IMG/VR virus record: IMGVR_UViG_3300010389_000007
Location: 1 to 64,000 of that record
DNA from: a virus
Strand: one strand, 5' to 3'
DNA length: 64,000 nucleotides
Shown here: positions 11,098 to 18,670 of the stretch, one piece after another
How the letters are laid out: the number at the start of each line of letters is the position of its first letter
Numbering within the stretch: position 1 is the stretch's first letter
Made by a program: the position numbers and the translations under genes
Notes under the pieces: generated by a model
Told to the model about the DNA's origin: nothing
Database searches by the model: none
What the model saw: the letters and a program-made list of their open reading frames with translations, nothing else

Positions 11098-11375
11098 TTT
11101 TTACCTCCAAAAAATTTTTTCTTATAATGGGACCCAATTATATTTAATCCCTCCCACAGGCAAATTCCAATATAACTGAACTCATCCAAGGGGCTGGTCT
11201 CTGTGCCATACACATCATTATAGAGCAACCTTACAGGGGATTTTTCACCCCAGAAAATTTTTTTAATCACTTGAAATATCTCTCTCTGTTTCAAAGTTTT
11301 GTAGGTTAGGGATGTTTGCTTTTTTCGCATTACCCCTTCAGGGTAACACAAAGGGCACAAAAACCCTGCTAATTC

Positions 11376-11404
11376 ACTATAGCATAGATCACACATTTTG
11401 TCAA
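11376..11404 (-). promoter_or_regulatory. Sigma70-type promoter firing leftward from the DnaA-box island
   Basis: TTGACA-17 nt-(TGC)TATAGT on minus strand. Confidence 0.7.
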
Positions 11405-11471
11405 CCCCTTGACACTGAGACCCACACATTTCACTGAGACTAACACTGAGATTCCACACTGTTTTATACTG

Positions 11472-11738
11472 TTTTCCACAAGTTTTCCACAGAATTATAC
11501 ACAGTTTTCCACAGGTTTCTTATACTGAGTTTCACTGAGATTGTGTCACTCACTGGTGTCTCACTGTTTTATCACTGAGACCTGTGGAAAACTATAACAC
11601 TGTGCCACTAATTTGGGTGTCCTGGGGGTGTTGACTTCTGGGAGGGTTTGTGATACAATGGGGGCCAAGATCACTAGACTATGAGACATTTACTGTGTTT
11701 TCCACAAAATATACAATAATTGTGGAAACTGTGGAAAA
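11472..11738. repeat. Cluster of DnaA-box-like 9-mers (putative replication origin)
   Basis: TTTTCCACA at 11472, 11483, 11505, 11698; TTATACACA at 11495; reverse TGTGGAAAA at 11583 and 11730; TGTGGAAAC at 11721; interspersed CACTGAGA repeats; no credible ORF. Confidence 0.7.
11602..11659 (+). promoter_or_regulatory. Early-type promoter on plus strand within the origin-like island
   Basis: GTGCCA-N10-TGTCCT palindrome (11602-11623), then TTGACT-17 nt-TACAAT (11631-11659). Confidence 0.65.
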
Positions 11739-11798
11739 CTCAACTATATTTAATTTGACATTTTTATTGATTCCAACATATCTTACGGAAGACACATT

Positions 11799-11999
11799 TC
11801 AGACTAGTTGATGCCTATAGTCAATGGATTTAATACACCAACCAGATGCACTTGTGATCTCTTCAACTAGATCATCTCCATCATCTGCCTCCCAGGTTGT
11901 ACCAATGTAATCATCATAAACTTCACTCTTTTCCTGCTCAGTCATGGGGTACAAACTATCATCAAAGTCAAACTCAATTTCAGTGACTTGATATAACAT
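11799..11999 (-). CDS. Acidic hypothetical protein
   Basis: 66 aa; WEADDGDDLVEEITSASGWCIKSIDY; last gene of the early cluster. Confidence 0.75.
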   Translation of the reverse strand: MLYQVTEIEFDFDDSLYPMTEQEKSEVYDDYIGTTWEADDGDDLVEEITSASGWCIKSIDYRHQLV

Positions 12000-12121
12000 T
12001 AGTTCTGTACCTTCTTAATAGCAGTCATGATAGATGTGGTCAACAAAATACAAACATCATCTTTACAGACAGCATAGACAGGTTGCTTAGTGTTGACATC
12101 AAAAGTGTACTTAATGGTCAT
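11999..12121 (-). CDS. Small hypothetical protein (40 aa), not in ORF track
   Basis: MTIKYTFDVNTKQPVYAVCKDDVCILLTTSIMTAIKKVQN; start and stop overlap both neighbours (TGATG, TAATG). Confidence 0.65.
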   Translation of the reverse strand: MTIKYTFDVNTKQPVYAVCKDDVCILLTTSIMTAIKKVQN

Positions 12122-12414
12122 CAAACTTGCTCCTCTTTGTGCATATCAATCATCATCTCATTGATCTCATCTTGGTTGATACTTTCATCATCCCATGCAA
12201 CACTATCAGCAGTGGTGAAGTTATCAACATTGTGCATGTTTCTGATGAACTTTTCATAGGCAGTTTCATCATCATTTTTATACTCTACACATGCCACAGC
12301 AGTGTTATAGAGAAACTGATTGTTTTGAATCCAGAGACTAACATTCCAGGTCTCATAATTTGCCCAACCATTGTAAGTTTGTTGGGTCATTTGTGTTGTT
12401 CCTTGATTTTCCAT
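12121..12414 (-). CDS. Early hypothetical protein (YNGWxNYETWNVxLW family), probably leaderless
   Basis: Start reassigned to MENQ ATG at 12414, 7 nt after the TATGCT -10 box. Confidence 0.75.
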   Translation of the reverse strand: MENQGTTQMTQQTYNGWANYETWNVSLWIQNNQFLYNTAVACVEYKNDDETAYEKFIRNMHNVDNFTTADSVAWDDESINQDEINEMMIDMHKEEQV

Positions 12415-12501
12415 GCTGTAAGCATAGCACACATTTCAGGATCCTGTAGTTCATGGTGATACACTTTGGGAGATCCATTGATCAGTGCTGCTGATGGGTC
12501 T
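12412..12501 (-). repeat. Early promoter repeat, type A copy 1
   Basis: ~90-bp near-identical to 14783-14872; extended -10 TGCTATGCT, GTA-N8-AAC at -48..-35, ATCAG-N5-CTGAT at -81..-67. Confidence 0.8.
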
Positions 12502-12531
12502 AGGTGAGACCCATCATGCTAAATCTAACTA

Positions 12532-12693
12532 TCAGAAGGCAATTTCTTCAAGAGTTGGTTCAGCAACCATAGGAACTTGATCCTCTTGAGTGTCAATAAC
12601 AGCATCAAGAATCTCTAGCATTTGAGCACCATTCTCTGCCTTGGAGAGCATACCAATAGCAGCAGACTTAGGCATGGAAAGAGTAGCAGTCAT
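12532..12693 (-). CDS. Hypothetical protein
   Basis: MTATLSMPKSAAIGMLSKAENGAQMLEILD...; start reassigned to 12693. Confidence 0.65.
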   Translation of the reverse strand: MTATLSMPKSAAIGMLSKAENGAQMLEILDAVIDTQEDQVPMVAEPTLEEIAF

Positions 12694-12759
12694 GTTGTTT
12701 GTTAGTGTGAAAGAAAGTTGGAAAGTTGGTGCTTTTAGAGTCATCACCAGGACTAAAGA

Positions 12760-13167
12760 TTAGAAGTTAGAGTTGAACACAAAACCCTCATTGAAGGTGA
12801 AATCATAACGCAAATTGGTCTCCCAAGTTGCAGTCCAATCAATCACAATAGGAAGATCTTGCAGTTGATGAGAATAGGCATCGCCAACATATTGCTCAGA
12901 AAACTCTTCCTCACTGTCATATTGTCCATAATAGGCATCTTCAAAAGATGCAAGGCAATCAATACCAAATGCATCAATGAAGGCGTCTACTGCCTCATAA
13001 CAGTGATCCTCACCAAAGGTCACATATTCCTCATAAAATTGAACAAATGCATCTTGCCCATATTCTTCAATAAAGGCATACATGTCATCTTGAGCATAAT
13101 TCTCTTCTGCGAGTTCTTGAATCTTTTCTTCAGTGATTTGGTTGTATTTGATGAGAGTTGCAGTCAT
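12760..13167 (-). CDS. ardA: ArdA-like antirestriction protein (acidic DNA mimic, C-terminal domains)
   Basis: Very acidic; FEDAYYGQYDSEEEFSEQYV...IDWTATWETNLRYDFTFNEGFVF matches the ArdA C-terminal pattern. Confidence 0.7.
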   Translation of the reverse strand: MTATLIKYNQITEEKIQELAEENYAQDDMYAFIEEYGQDAFVQFYEEYVTFGEDHCYEAVDAFIDAFGIDCLASFEDAYYGQYDSEEEFSEQYVGDAYSHQLQDLPIVIDWTATWETNLRYDFTFNEGFVFNSNF

Positions 13168-13207
13168 TTGTTTGGTGAAAAAGTGTTAATTGAAAAGGGT
13201 AAAAGTG

Positions 13208-13354
13208 TCAGACAAAGGCAACACAGAAGTGACCTAACTTGCTTGCTATTGTACGCAATGCAGTGTCATGGTTTGTTGCATCAATGTGGTGAACTTTGTT
13301 GGTGTGACAATCAACAATCTTGAAAGTGGTTTGAGTTGTTTTCTGATTTTCCAT
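13208..13354 (-). CDS. Early hypothetical protein, probably leaderless
   Basis: MENQKTTQTTFKIVDCHTNKV...; ATG at predicted +1. Confidence 0.65.
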   Translation of the reverse strand: MENQKTTQTTFKIVDCHTNKVHHIDATNHDTALRTIASKLGHFCVAFV

Positions 13355-13427
13355 GCTGTAAGCATAGCACATTTTATGGGGTTTCGGGAGATTTGTGTGC
13401 CACCTTGTTGACTGGCACAATTTCTCT
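13345..13427 (-). repeat. Early promoter repeat, type B copy 1
   Basis: ~83-bp near-identical to 13897-13979; GTGCCA-N10-TGGCAC palindrome at -64..-43 plus extended -10. Confidence 0.85.
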
Positions 13428-13628
13428 TCATCCTAGCATCAGATTTGCAGTAGAATCCATTACATCATCCTGAATCAGTTTGAGATTGCTAATGGTGAGA
13501 CTTTGCCAGTTCCATTCATCATTAAGAGTGAACAGTTCGTCACACCAAAAGTTGAAACTCATCTCATTCCATTCTCTCAAGATGTCAAGAGATGATGTAA
13601 AACTTGAGATCAATTCTTCAGTGGTCAT
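13428..13628 (-). CDS. Hypothetical protein
   Basis: MTTEELISSFTSSLDILREWNEMSF...; stop abuts the type B repeat. Confidence 0.65.
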   Translation of the reverse strand: MTTEELISSFTSSLDILREWNEMSFNFWCDELFTLNDEWNWQSLTISNLKLIQDDVMDSTANLMLG

Positions 13629-13630
13629 AA

Positions 13631-13906
13631 TCAACATGCACCCATCATAGGATTACCAATTTGAGGAAGATTGCTGTTGTCTTTGATGACAACATACTTG
13701 TGAGATTGATACTCTCTGAGTTGCATTTTCTTCTCAAAGTTGTTAATGAACTTCTTTGAGATTGTCTCAATTCCTTTCCACTCTAGCACCTTAAGAGTCC
13801 ACCTATCAGATACATCACCAAAGGGCAATTTGACAGGATAGAATGACACTACCATAGTGCCATCTTTAGATTGAAAAGTGGGGAAGTTGCTTGTTTGATT
13901 TTCCAT
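13631..13906 (-). CDS. Early hypothetical protein, probably leaderless
   Basis: MENQTSNFPTFQSKDGTMVVSFYPVK...; ATG at predicted +1. Confidence 0.75.
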   Translation of the reverse strand: MENQTSNFPTFQSKDGTMVVSFYPVKLPFGDVSDRWTLKVLEWKGIETISKKFINNFEKKMQLREYQSHKYVVIKDNSNLPQIGNPMMGAC

Positions 13907-13979
13907 GCTGTAAGCATAGCACATTTTATGGGGTTTCGGGAGATTTGTGTGCCACTAGTCCAGGTGGCACAATTTCTCT
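13897..13979 (-). repeat. Early promoter repeat, type B copy 2
   Basis: Same sequence as 13345-13427 except in and next to the palindrome spacer. Confidence 0.85.
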
Positions 13980-14477
13980 TTACTGATCCCCATAATCTGC
14001 CCAAAATGCATCATTATGTGAGGGACGAATACAATCTACACCATGGTCACGAATTACAGCAGCATTGTAAGGAGAATCATCAACCCAGAACTGTATATCA
14101 TCCCAGAAACGTAGGATGTCCATGAGTTGCTCACCCTTGCACTTTGAACCAGTAGAATCATCCTCTGCGTTCTTCATGTAGAGTGCATCAAACTCAGGCA
14201 AATGCTCTTGCAACCAATACCCAGTGCCTTCCATGTAGACGTCAGGACGTGCAGTAGCAATTACTAGATCAAATCCCTTAGATTTGCAGTGCTTGGCAAC
14301 ATCAACAACAGCATCAATAGGTTGAAATTGGTCACAATCTTCAAACCCTGATTGATCACCATGGTGGCAAAGTGTGGCATCAAGATCAAAGACAACACAC
14401 TTGGGATTGCTGATGTTGTAGATAACTTTGGAGAAAGATTTGGTTTTGAGCATTGTAGTTTGAGTCATGGTATGCAA
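13980..14477 (-). CDS. HAD-superfamily phosphatase (polynucleotide 3'-phosphatase/PseT-like domain)
   Basis: VFDLDATL (DxDxT), IATAR, K, WVDDS motifs I-IV. Confidence 0.8.
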   Translation of the reverse strand: MHTMTQTTMLKTKSFSKVIYNISNPKCVVFDLDATLCHHGDQSGFEDCDQFQPIDAVVDVAKHCKSKGFDLVIATARPDVYMEGTGYWLQEHLPEFDALYMKNAEDDSTGSKCKGEQLMDILRFWDDIQFWVDDSPYNAAVIRDHGVDCIRPSHNDAFWADYGDQ

Positions 14478-14500
14478 TTAAAATTGAAGGAAATTATTGA

Positions 14501-14785
14501 TTATGCGTATGCTTGTTCCCACACACTGTAGAACATATTCCAAGCAGGTTCATCTGCAACAAAACTGCTAACATTTGCCTGGTCACATACCCAGTCATAT
14601 GCATCATCAGCGTCAGACTCAGTTTCTACAACAAAGTCATAAAGAGATTCAATAGCATTGCGGAACTCTTTATCTTCAATCAAAGACTGCCAAACATTGT
14701 CAGTTTGATTGTTGCGAATCATCATCTTGCCAGAGATGTTGTAGAAAGTGGTGAAAGTGGGGAAAGTGGTTTCTTGATTGTTCAT
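14501..14785 (-). CDS. Early hypothetical protein, probably leaderless
   Basis: MNNQETTFPTFTTF...; ATG at predicted +1. Confidence 0.75.
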   Translation of the reverse strand: MNNQETTFPTFTTFYNISGKMMIRNNQTDNVWQSLIEDKEFRNAIESLYDFVVETESDADDAYDWVCDQANVSSFVADEPAWNMFYSVWEQAYA

Positions 14786-14872
14786 GCTGTAAGCATAGCA
14801 CACATTTCAGGATCCTGTAGTTCAGGGTGATACAGTTTTCAGGATTGATTGATCAGTGCTGTTTATGGGTCT
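14783..14872 (-). repeat. Early promoter repeat, type A copy 2
   Basis: Near-identical to 12412-12501 with identical motif spacing. Confidence 0.8.
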
Positions 14873-14995
14873 CATCTAGACTCATAAGTTGATACATTTG
14901 CTGTACTTTTTTGGTTTGCATTTCAGTTGCAACTGTGACAGTGTGGTTCACAAGATTTGCACCAAAGATAGCAAACATTACAAGGAAAGCAATTC

Positions 14996-15178
14996 TCATT
15001 TAATTCTGTGCTTGATTGAGTTTAACTGTGTGATGGCAGATTGCATTGCTGCCCTAGAATATCCAGTGGCATAAGGATAACCTTCATCATCCTTTTCTGG
15101 AGCATTATAACAAACATCAACTGCTCTTTGAAGAGTTTCAATGATAGAAACTAGATCCATTTCAATATACTTATTCAT
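14996..15178 (-). CDS. Hypothetical protein
   Basis: GYPYATGYSRAAM motif; coupled to the upstream gene. Confidence 0.7.
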   Translation of the reverse strand: MNKYIEMDLVSIIETLQRAVDVCYNAPEKDDEGYPYATGYSRAAMQSAITQLNSIKHRIK

Positions 15179-15363
15179 CAGAAGTGTGCCTCCTCATCAT
15201 CACAAACAGCAATCCAATCCATTGCCCTAGACAATGCTAACTCTCTCATCTGGTAATCATCACCACAGTTCTCATCATAGAAGATGAAAGCGTACTTAAT
15301 GCGATTTTCTGGAGTGTTCATGAACTTCTCCAATTTGGTGAGTTGTCTTGTTTGATTTTCCAT
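15178..15363 (-). CDS. Early hypothetical protein, probably leaderless
   Basis: MENQTRQL...; preceded by TGCTATGCTTACAGC and the palindrome at 15406-15427. Confidence 0.7.
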   Translation of the reverse strand: MENQTRQLTKLEKFMNTPENRIKYAFIFYDENCGDDYQMRELALSRAMDWIAVCDDEEAHF

Positions 15364-15436
15364 GCTGTAAGCATAGCATGGATTTGGGCATTTCGGTAAA
15401 TATAGCGACCACTTCTACAACTGTCACATCATTATA

Positions 15437-15652
15437 TCAATATCCCAAAGATTTGGGTAGACCTACAACAATGAAGAATGAGAGCAGTGCAACAATGTCC
15501 CAACACTTATTGCGGACCATATACGGAATTGCTAGAGCATTACCTACAATATACAATCTTGAACCAGACAAAGGATCAAGATAAAGAGTAAAGAAGTATG
15601 CAACACAGAGAATCAAACTAGAGAAGATTCTTGCTTTGTTTTCCATCATCAA
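15437..15652 (-). CDS. Small membrane protein
   Basis: Three hydrophobic segments. Confidence 0.65.
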   Translation of the reverse strand: MMMENKARIFSSLILCVAYFFTLYLDPLSGSRLYIVGNALAIPYMVRNKCWDIVALLSFFIVVGLPKSLGY

Positions 15653-16218
15653 ATGACCTGAGTTTTAGTGTAATCCAATTCATCAATTTCCAGGAATCTG
15701 CGAACAACAGATTTGCCTGATTTAGTTAAGGGATAGAGTGAGGGATTCTTATACAGAATCTTGGTGTTTTCTTTCTTCAACCACACACTATGTGAGCAGG
15801 CAGGTGATACCCTTCCACCCTTTGCAGTTTTAATAGCAGCATCCTCTACAAGTTCATCCATGATGTCAGAAACTGCAACCTCTGCAACATAGATCAACTG
15901 ACCTTCTTTTGTGAACTCATGTACAAGACAAACCCAATCATGCTTCTTGGTAATACTAACTGCACCATCAGGAAATATAATGTTAGGACCAGACTTGTTA
16001 TCTACACAAGTGCCATCTGGTTTGTATCCATCAGGGTGACCAGCACCACCATATGAGGGAGTATATCCCATGAGAGAGCATACAAAATCCTCTCTGAGTT
16101 TGTTATTATCAAGAGCAAGATGTGTCTTGATGAGATCAATCAAGCACACAAACTGTTCAGGAGTTTGTTCACTCCCTAGAATCCATTTTACAGTTTGAAT
16201 GTCCATTGATTTGATCAA
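15649..16218 (-). CDS. Hypothetical protein, possible PD-(D/E)xK endonuclease
   Basis: GHPDGYKPDGTCVDNKSG resembles a PD...DxK active site; own promoter; next to tRNA-Thr 3' end. Confidence 0.55.
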   Translation of the reverse strand: MIKSMDIQTVKWILGSEQTPEQFVCLIDLIKTHLALDNNKLREDFVCSLMGYTPSYGGAGHPDGYKPDGTCVDNKSGPNIIFPDGAVSITKKHDWVCLVHEFTKEGQLIYVAEVAVSDIMDELVEDAAIKTAKGGRVSPACSHSVWLKKENTKILYKNPSLYPLTKSGKSVVRRFLEIDELDYTKTQVI

Positions 16219-16301
16219 TTTGTCTGATGCTATGCATCATAGCATGAATAGCAGAGTTTTGGTAATTTACTGTGACACTTTAACTTGTGGCACATTGTAT
16301 A

Positions 16302-16373
16302 AGCCCCAGATAGGATTTGAACCTACGACCTATCGCTTACAAGGCGATTGCACTACCACTGTGCTACTGAGGC
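16302..16373 (-). tRNA. tRNA-Thr(UGU)
   Basis: GCCTCAG/CTGGGGC acceptor stem, anticodon arm ATCGC-CTTGTAA-GCGAT, GGTTCAAATCC T-arm. Confidence 0.92.
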
Positions 16374-16381
16374 AGAAAAGA

Positions 16382-16699
16382 TTAGTTCCTGATGGTATAG
16401 ATCACACCCCAAATCAGGGCAGCAATAGCAACAATCAGGAGGATCTGTTTCCATGCAAATGCAATGAAGAACAGACAGAGAAGGAATAACAAACCAGCAC
16501 CATCAAAGGATGAACTAGAGGTGCTATCTTCATCATCATTGTCATCACTGGAAGTGATAGAATCAGGCACTGCCATGATACAATCACCACCAGTTCTTGA
16601 CTCTGCTGATATAACTGCATCAGCACGAGTGTATGCAGTTACATATACAGTTTGCAGGTAGTTAGATTGTGTTCTAACTGTGCATTTCCAATCAAGCAT
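16382..16699 (-). CDS. Membrane-anchored hypothetical protein
   Basis: Soluble N-terminus, acidic linker, hydrophobic C-terminus. Confidence 0.7.
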   Translation of the reverse strand: MLDWKCTVRTQSNYLQTVYVTAYTRADAVISAESRTGGDCIMAVPDSITSSDDNDDEDSTSSSSFDGAGLLFLLCLFFIAFAWKQILLIVAIAALIWGVIYTIRN

Positions 16700-17360
16700 T
16701 GTTGTATTCTACAATATACTGCTTAAGAGTGTCAACATAGTCAGCAGGGTTCTTGACAAAAACTTGTGTCTCACCTGAGTGACAAGAAATCAGAGTGACA
16801 ATTTGTTCAATCTTATTGCCAGTCATTTCCTCATACATCATAGCATAACCTGTCTCCTGCACAAAATAGTTTTGGATTTGATTCTCATGCTTTGGTTTAG
16901 AAGAACTCTTGAAGTCAATTACAGACAGTTTGCCATTGTATTCTGCAATGCAGTCAACACGACCAGCAATGCCAAGAGTTTCAGAATAGAGAGCACATTC
17001 TTGATAATGAATGTTATCTACATCATCAAGGATAGACTGGAATTGATTGAACAATTTGAGTGCAATCTCATACTTTTCAGTATCATAGTCTGCATCAATG
17101 TTGTTGAGATAGTCCTCAACAATTTTGTGGAACTTAGTGCCATTGGTAGATGCAAAATGACTGATCTTGTTTGCAACTTCCTCACCTACACGTTCCCTCC
17201 ACTCAGCAATAGATTGACGATTCTGATAGGAAGTAACTGTGGTGACAGAAGGCAACAGTTTGCCATTCACACAGTAACGACGAGAACCATTGACAGTTTC
17301 AGTAGGCAGATCTGCAAGAGTAGGCAGGTTGAGGTGATTGAACTTGGTTTTGGTTTGCAT
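16692..17360 (-). CDS. PD-(D/E)xK exonuclease (lambda-exo/Cas4-like cyanophage exonuclease)
   Basis: LPSVTTV, GTKFH, IAGRVDCIAEYNGKLSVIDFKSS, YFVQETGYA motifs. Confidence 0.88.
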   Translation of the reverse strand: MQTKTKFNHLNLPTLADLPTETVNGSRRYCVNGKLLPSVTTVTSYQNRQSIAEWRERVGEEVANKISHFASTNGTKFHKIVEDYLNNIDADYDTEKYEIALKLFNQFQSILDDVDNIHYQECALYSETLGIAGRVDCIAEYNGKLSVIDFKSSSKPKHENQIQNYFVQETGYAMMYEEMTGNKIEQIVTLISCHSGETQVFVKNPADYVDTLKQYIVEYNNA

Positions 17361-17398
17361 AATGTTGTTAGTGAAAGTTTGGTTGGTGGTGTTAGTTA

Positions 17399-17548
17399 TC
17401 AGAGAAACTCTGCCATGTAATAATCAACAGTGACTTCAAGTTCTGCTGCTTTTGCTTCTAGTTCTAGAGTATATTCTTCTGCCATTTGTTCATCTGCATG
17501 ATCACAGAATAGATCAAGGGTGGATTGGTGCATCATTTTATCTTTCAT
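17399..17548 (-). CDS. Small acidic hypothetical protein, probably leaderless
   Basis: ELEAKAAELEVTVDYYMAEFL; TTGACT...TGGTATCAT-6 nt-ATG; palindrome at 17592-17613. Confidence 0.7.
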   Translation of the reverse strand: MKDKMMHQSTLDLFCDHADEQMAEEYTLELEAKAAELEVTVDYYMAEFL

Positions 17549-17609
17549 ACAAGTATGATACCATAGATTTACAAGAAAGTCAATCATGTGTGTGCCAGTT
17601 TGTCAAGTG

Positions 17610-17813
17610 TCACAGATATGCATCCATAAACTGTTTTAGTGTAAAGATGTCGTCAGTCTGAGTTTCTACAATCAAATCATCATAACTTAACTCTTTGAGC
17701 ATATCTAGATATTCTTCTGGAGTGGCATCAATAGACTCATCATAATCATCATGAATAAGGAACAAATACTCTCTATAGAGTGCTTCAATCAGTTGTTCTT
17801 TAGTATAAGTCAT
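17610..17813 (-). CDS. Acidic hypothetical protein
   Basis: MTYTKEQLIEALYREYLFLIHDD. Confidence 0.75.
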   Translation of the reverse strand: MTYTKEQLIEALYREYLFLIHDDYDESIDATPEEYLDMLKELSYDDLIVETQTDDIFTLKQFMDAYL

Positions 17814-17905
17814 TTTTCAATGTTATCGAGATGATTAAACCAAGGGGAAAAGAGTGCTAGTGCTGCCCATACAACACTAGCAGAAATAATGATAAAGTAT
17901 ATCAT
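17810..17905 (-). CDS. Small membrane peptide (31 aa), not in ORF track
   Basis: MIYFIIISASVVWAALALFSPWFNHLDNIEK; ATGA overlaps at both ends. Confidence 0.6.
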   Translation of the reverse strand: MIYFIIISASVVWAALALFSPWFNHLDNIEK

Positions 17906-18315
17906 TTGTAGAGGTAACCACCTGCCCAATCTGCACGCTGATACATCTCCATGCGAGACTTTTCATCCATCAGATTATACCTAACACCATTCTTTGCAGG
18001 TGCTTTCCAAGTTGCTGGTTTGTAGACATCACCATTGGTAATATCTACAAAAGCATGAACACTTTTCTGTCCAGCAGGAGTTTGCATCACAATCTTTGCA
18101 TACTTCCTACCCTTAACATAAGAGAACTTGTAGCAACCTTCACCCATAGAGAGTTCTTCAATCATCTTCTGATGATAATCCATATTGATGTCATTTTCAA
18201 TGGATTTGCGATGCCTTTCAATAGAACTTGACTGATAGTTAGTGTAGAGAACTTGACACATTTGATCAATCTTGTCAAGAACTTGTTCAGTCATTAAAGT
18301 GGTGTTTTTCATCAT
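17902..18315 (-). CDS. Conserved phage hypothetical protein, probably leaderless
   Basis: GRKYAKIV...SVHAFVDITNGDVYKPATWKAPAK...ADWAGGYLY; start reassigned to ATG at predicted +1. Confidence 0.8.
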   Translation of the reverse strand: MMKNTTLMTEQVLDKIDQMCQVLYTNYQSSSIERHRKSIENDINMDYHQKMIEELSMGEGCYKFSYVKGRKYAKIVMQTPAGQKSVHAFVDITNGDVYKPATWKAPAKNGVRYNLMDEKSRMEMYQRADWAGGYLYK

Positions 18316-18380
18316 GCTGTAAGCATACCATGGATTAGGGTGCTTTGGGGAAAAAGGTGTGCAGTTCTCCAACTGTCACA

Positions 18381-18473
18381 TCAATACTTTTTTGACCCAT
18401 TCTTTGTGGGAAAAGTGTAGTTCATTGTCCAACACAATAGGATAGCAAATCCAAAGACAAATAGGTGTTCCAT
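18381..18473 (-). CDS. Small membrane peptide (30 aa), not in ORF track
   Basis: MEHLFVFGFAILLCWTMNYTFPTKNGSKKY fills the gap exactly. Confidence 0.55.
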   Translation of the reverse strand: MEHLFVFGFAILLCWTMNYTFPTKNGSKKY

Positions 18474-18475
18474 TG

Positions 18476-18670
18476 TTAGTATCTGTGTGGGATTTGATAA
18501 TCTGAACCATCAATCAATGATGCTCTCATGTTATGAATATCTTGTGCTCTCTTGTATAAACTACCTAGTTCTTCCTTTAAACAACACAAATCATCATCAG
18601 TTCTACCTGCTAAAGCATCCTCAATTCTTCTAAATGCTTCTGTTGTTTGATGACTGTAGTTGTTTAACAT
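18476..18670 (-). CDS. Hypothetical protein
   Basis: 64 aa ORF downstream of tRNA-Arg. Confidence 0.65.
   Translation of the reverse strand: MLNNYSHQTTEAFRRIEDALAGRTDDDLCCLKEELGSLYKRAQDIHNMRASLIDGSDYQIPHRY

Noticed and set aside
11082-11459. 125-aa minus-strand ORF
   Set aside because: The 5' half runs through a promoter, repeats and hairpins; only a shorter product from ~11270 is possible, and I cannot support it
12414-14803. ORF-track N-termini MCYAYS
   Set aside because: These codons are the -10 promoter box read in frame; true starts are at the following ATG
16692-17360. Cas4 as a sign of a phage CRISPR system
   Set aside because: Lacks the four-Cys Fe-S motif and any array; ordinary phage exonuclease
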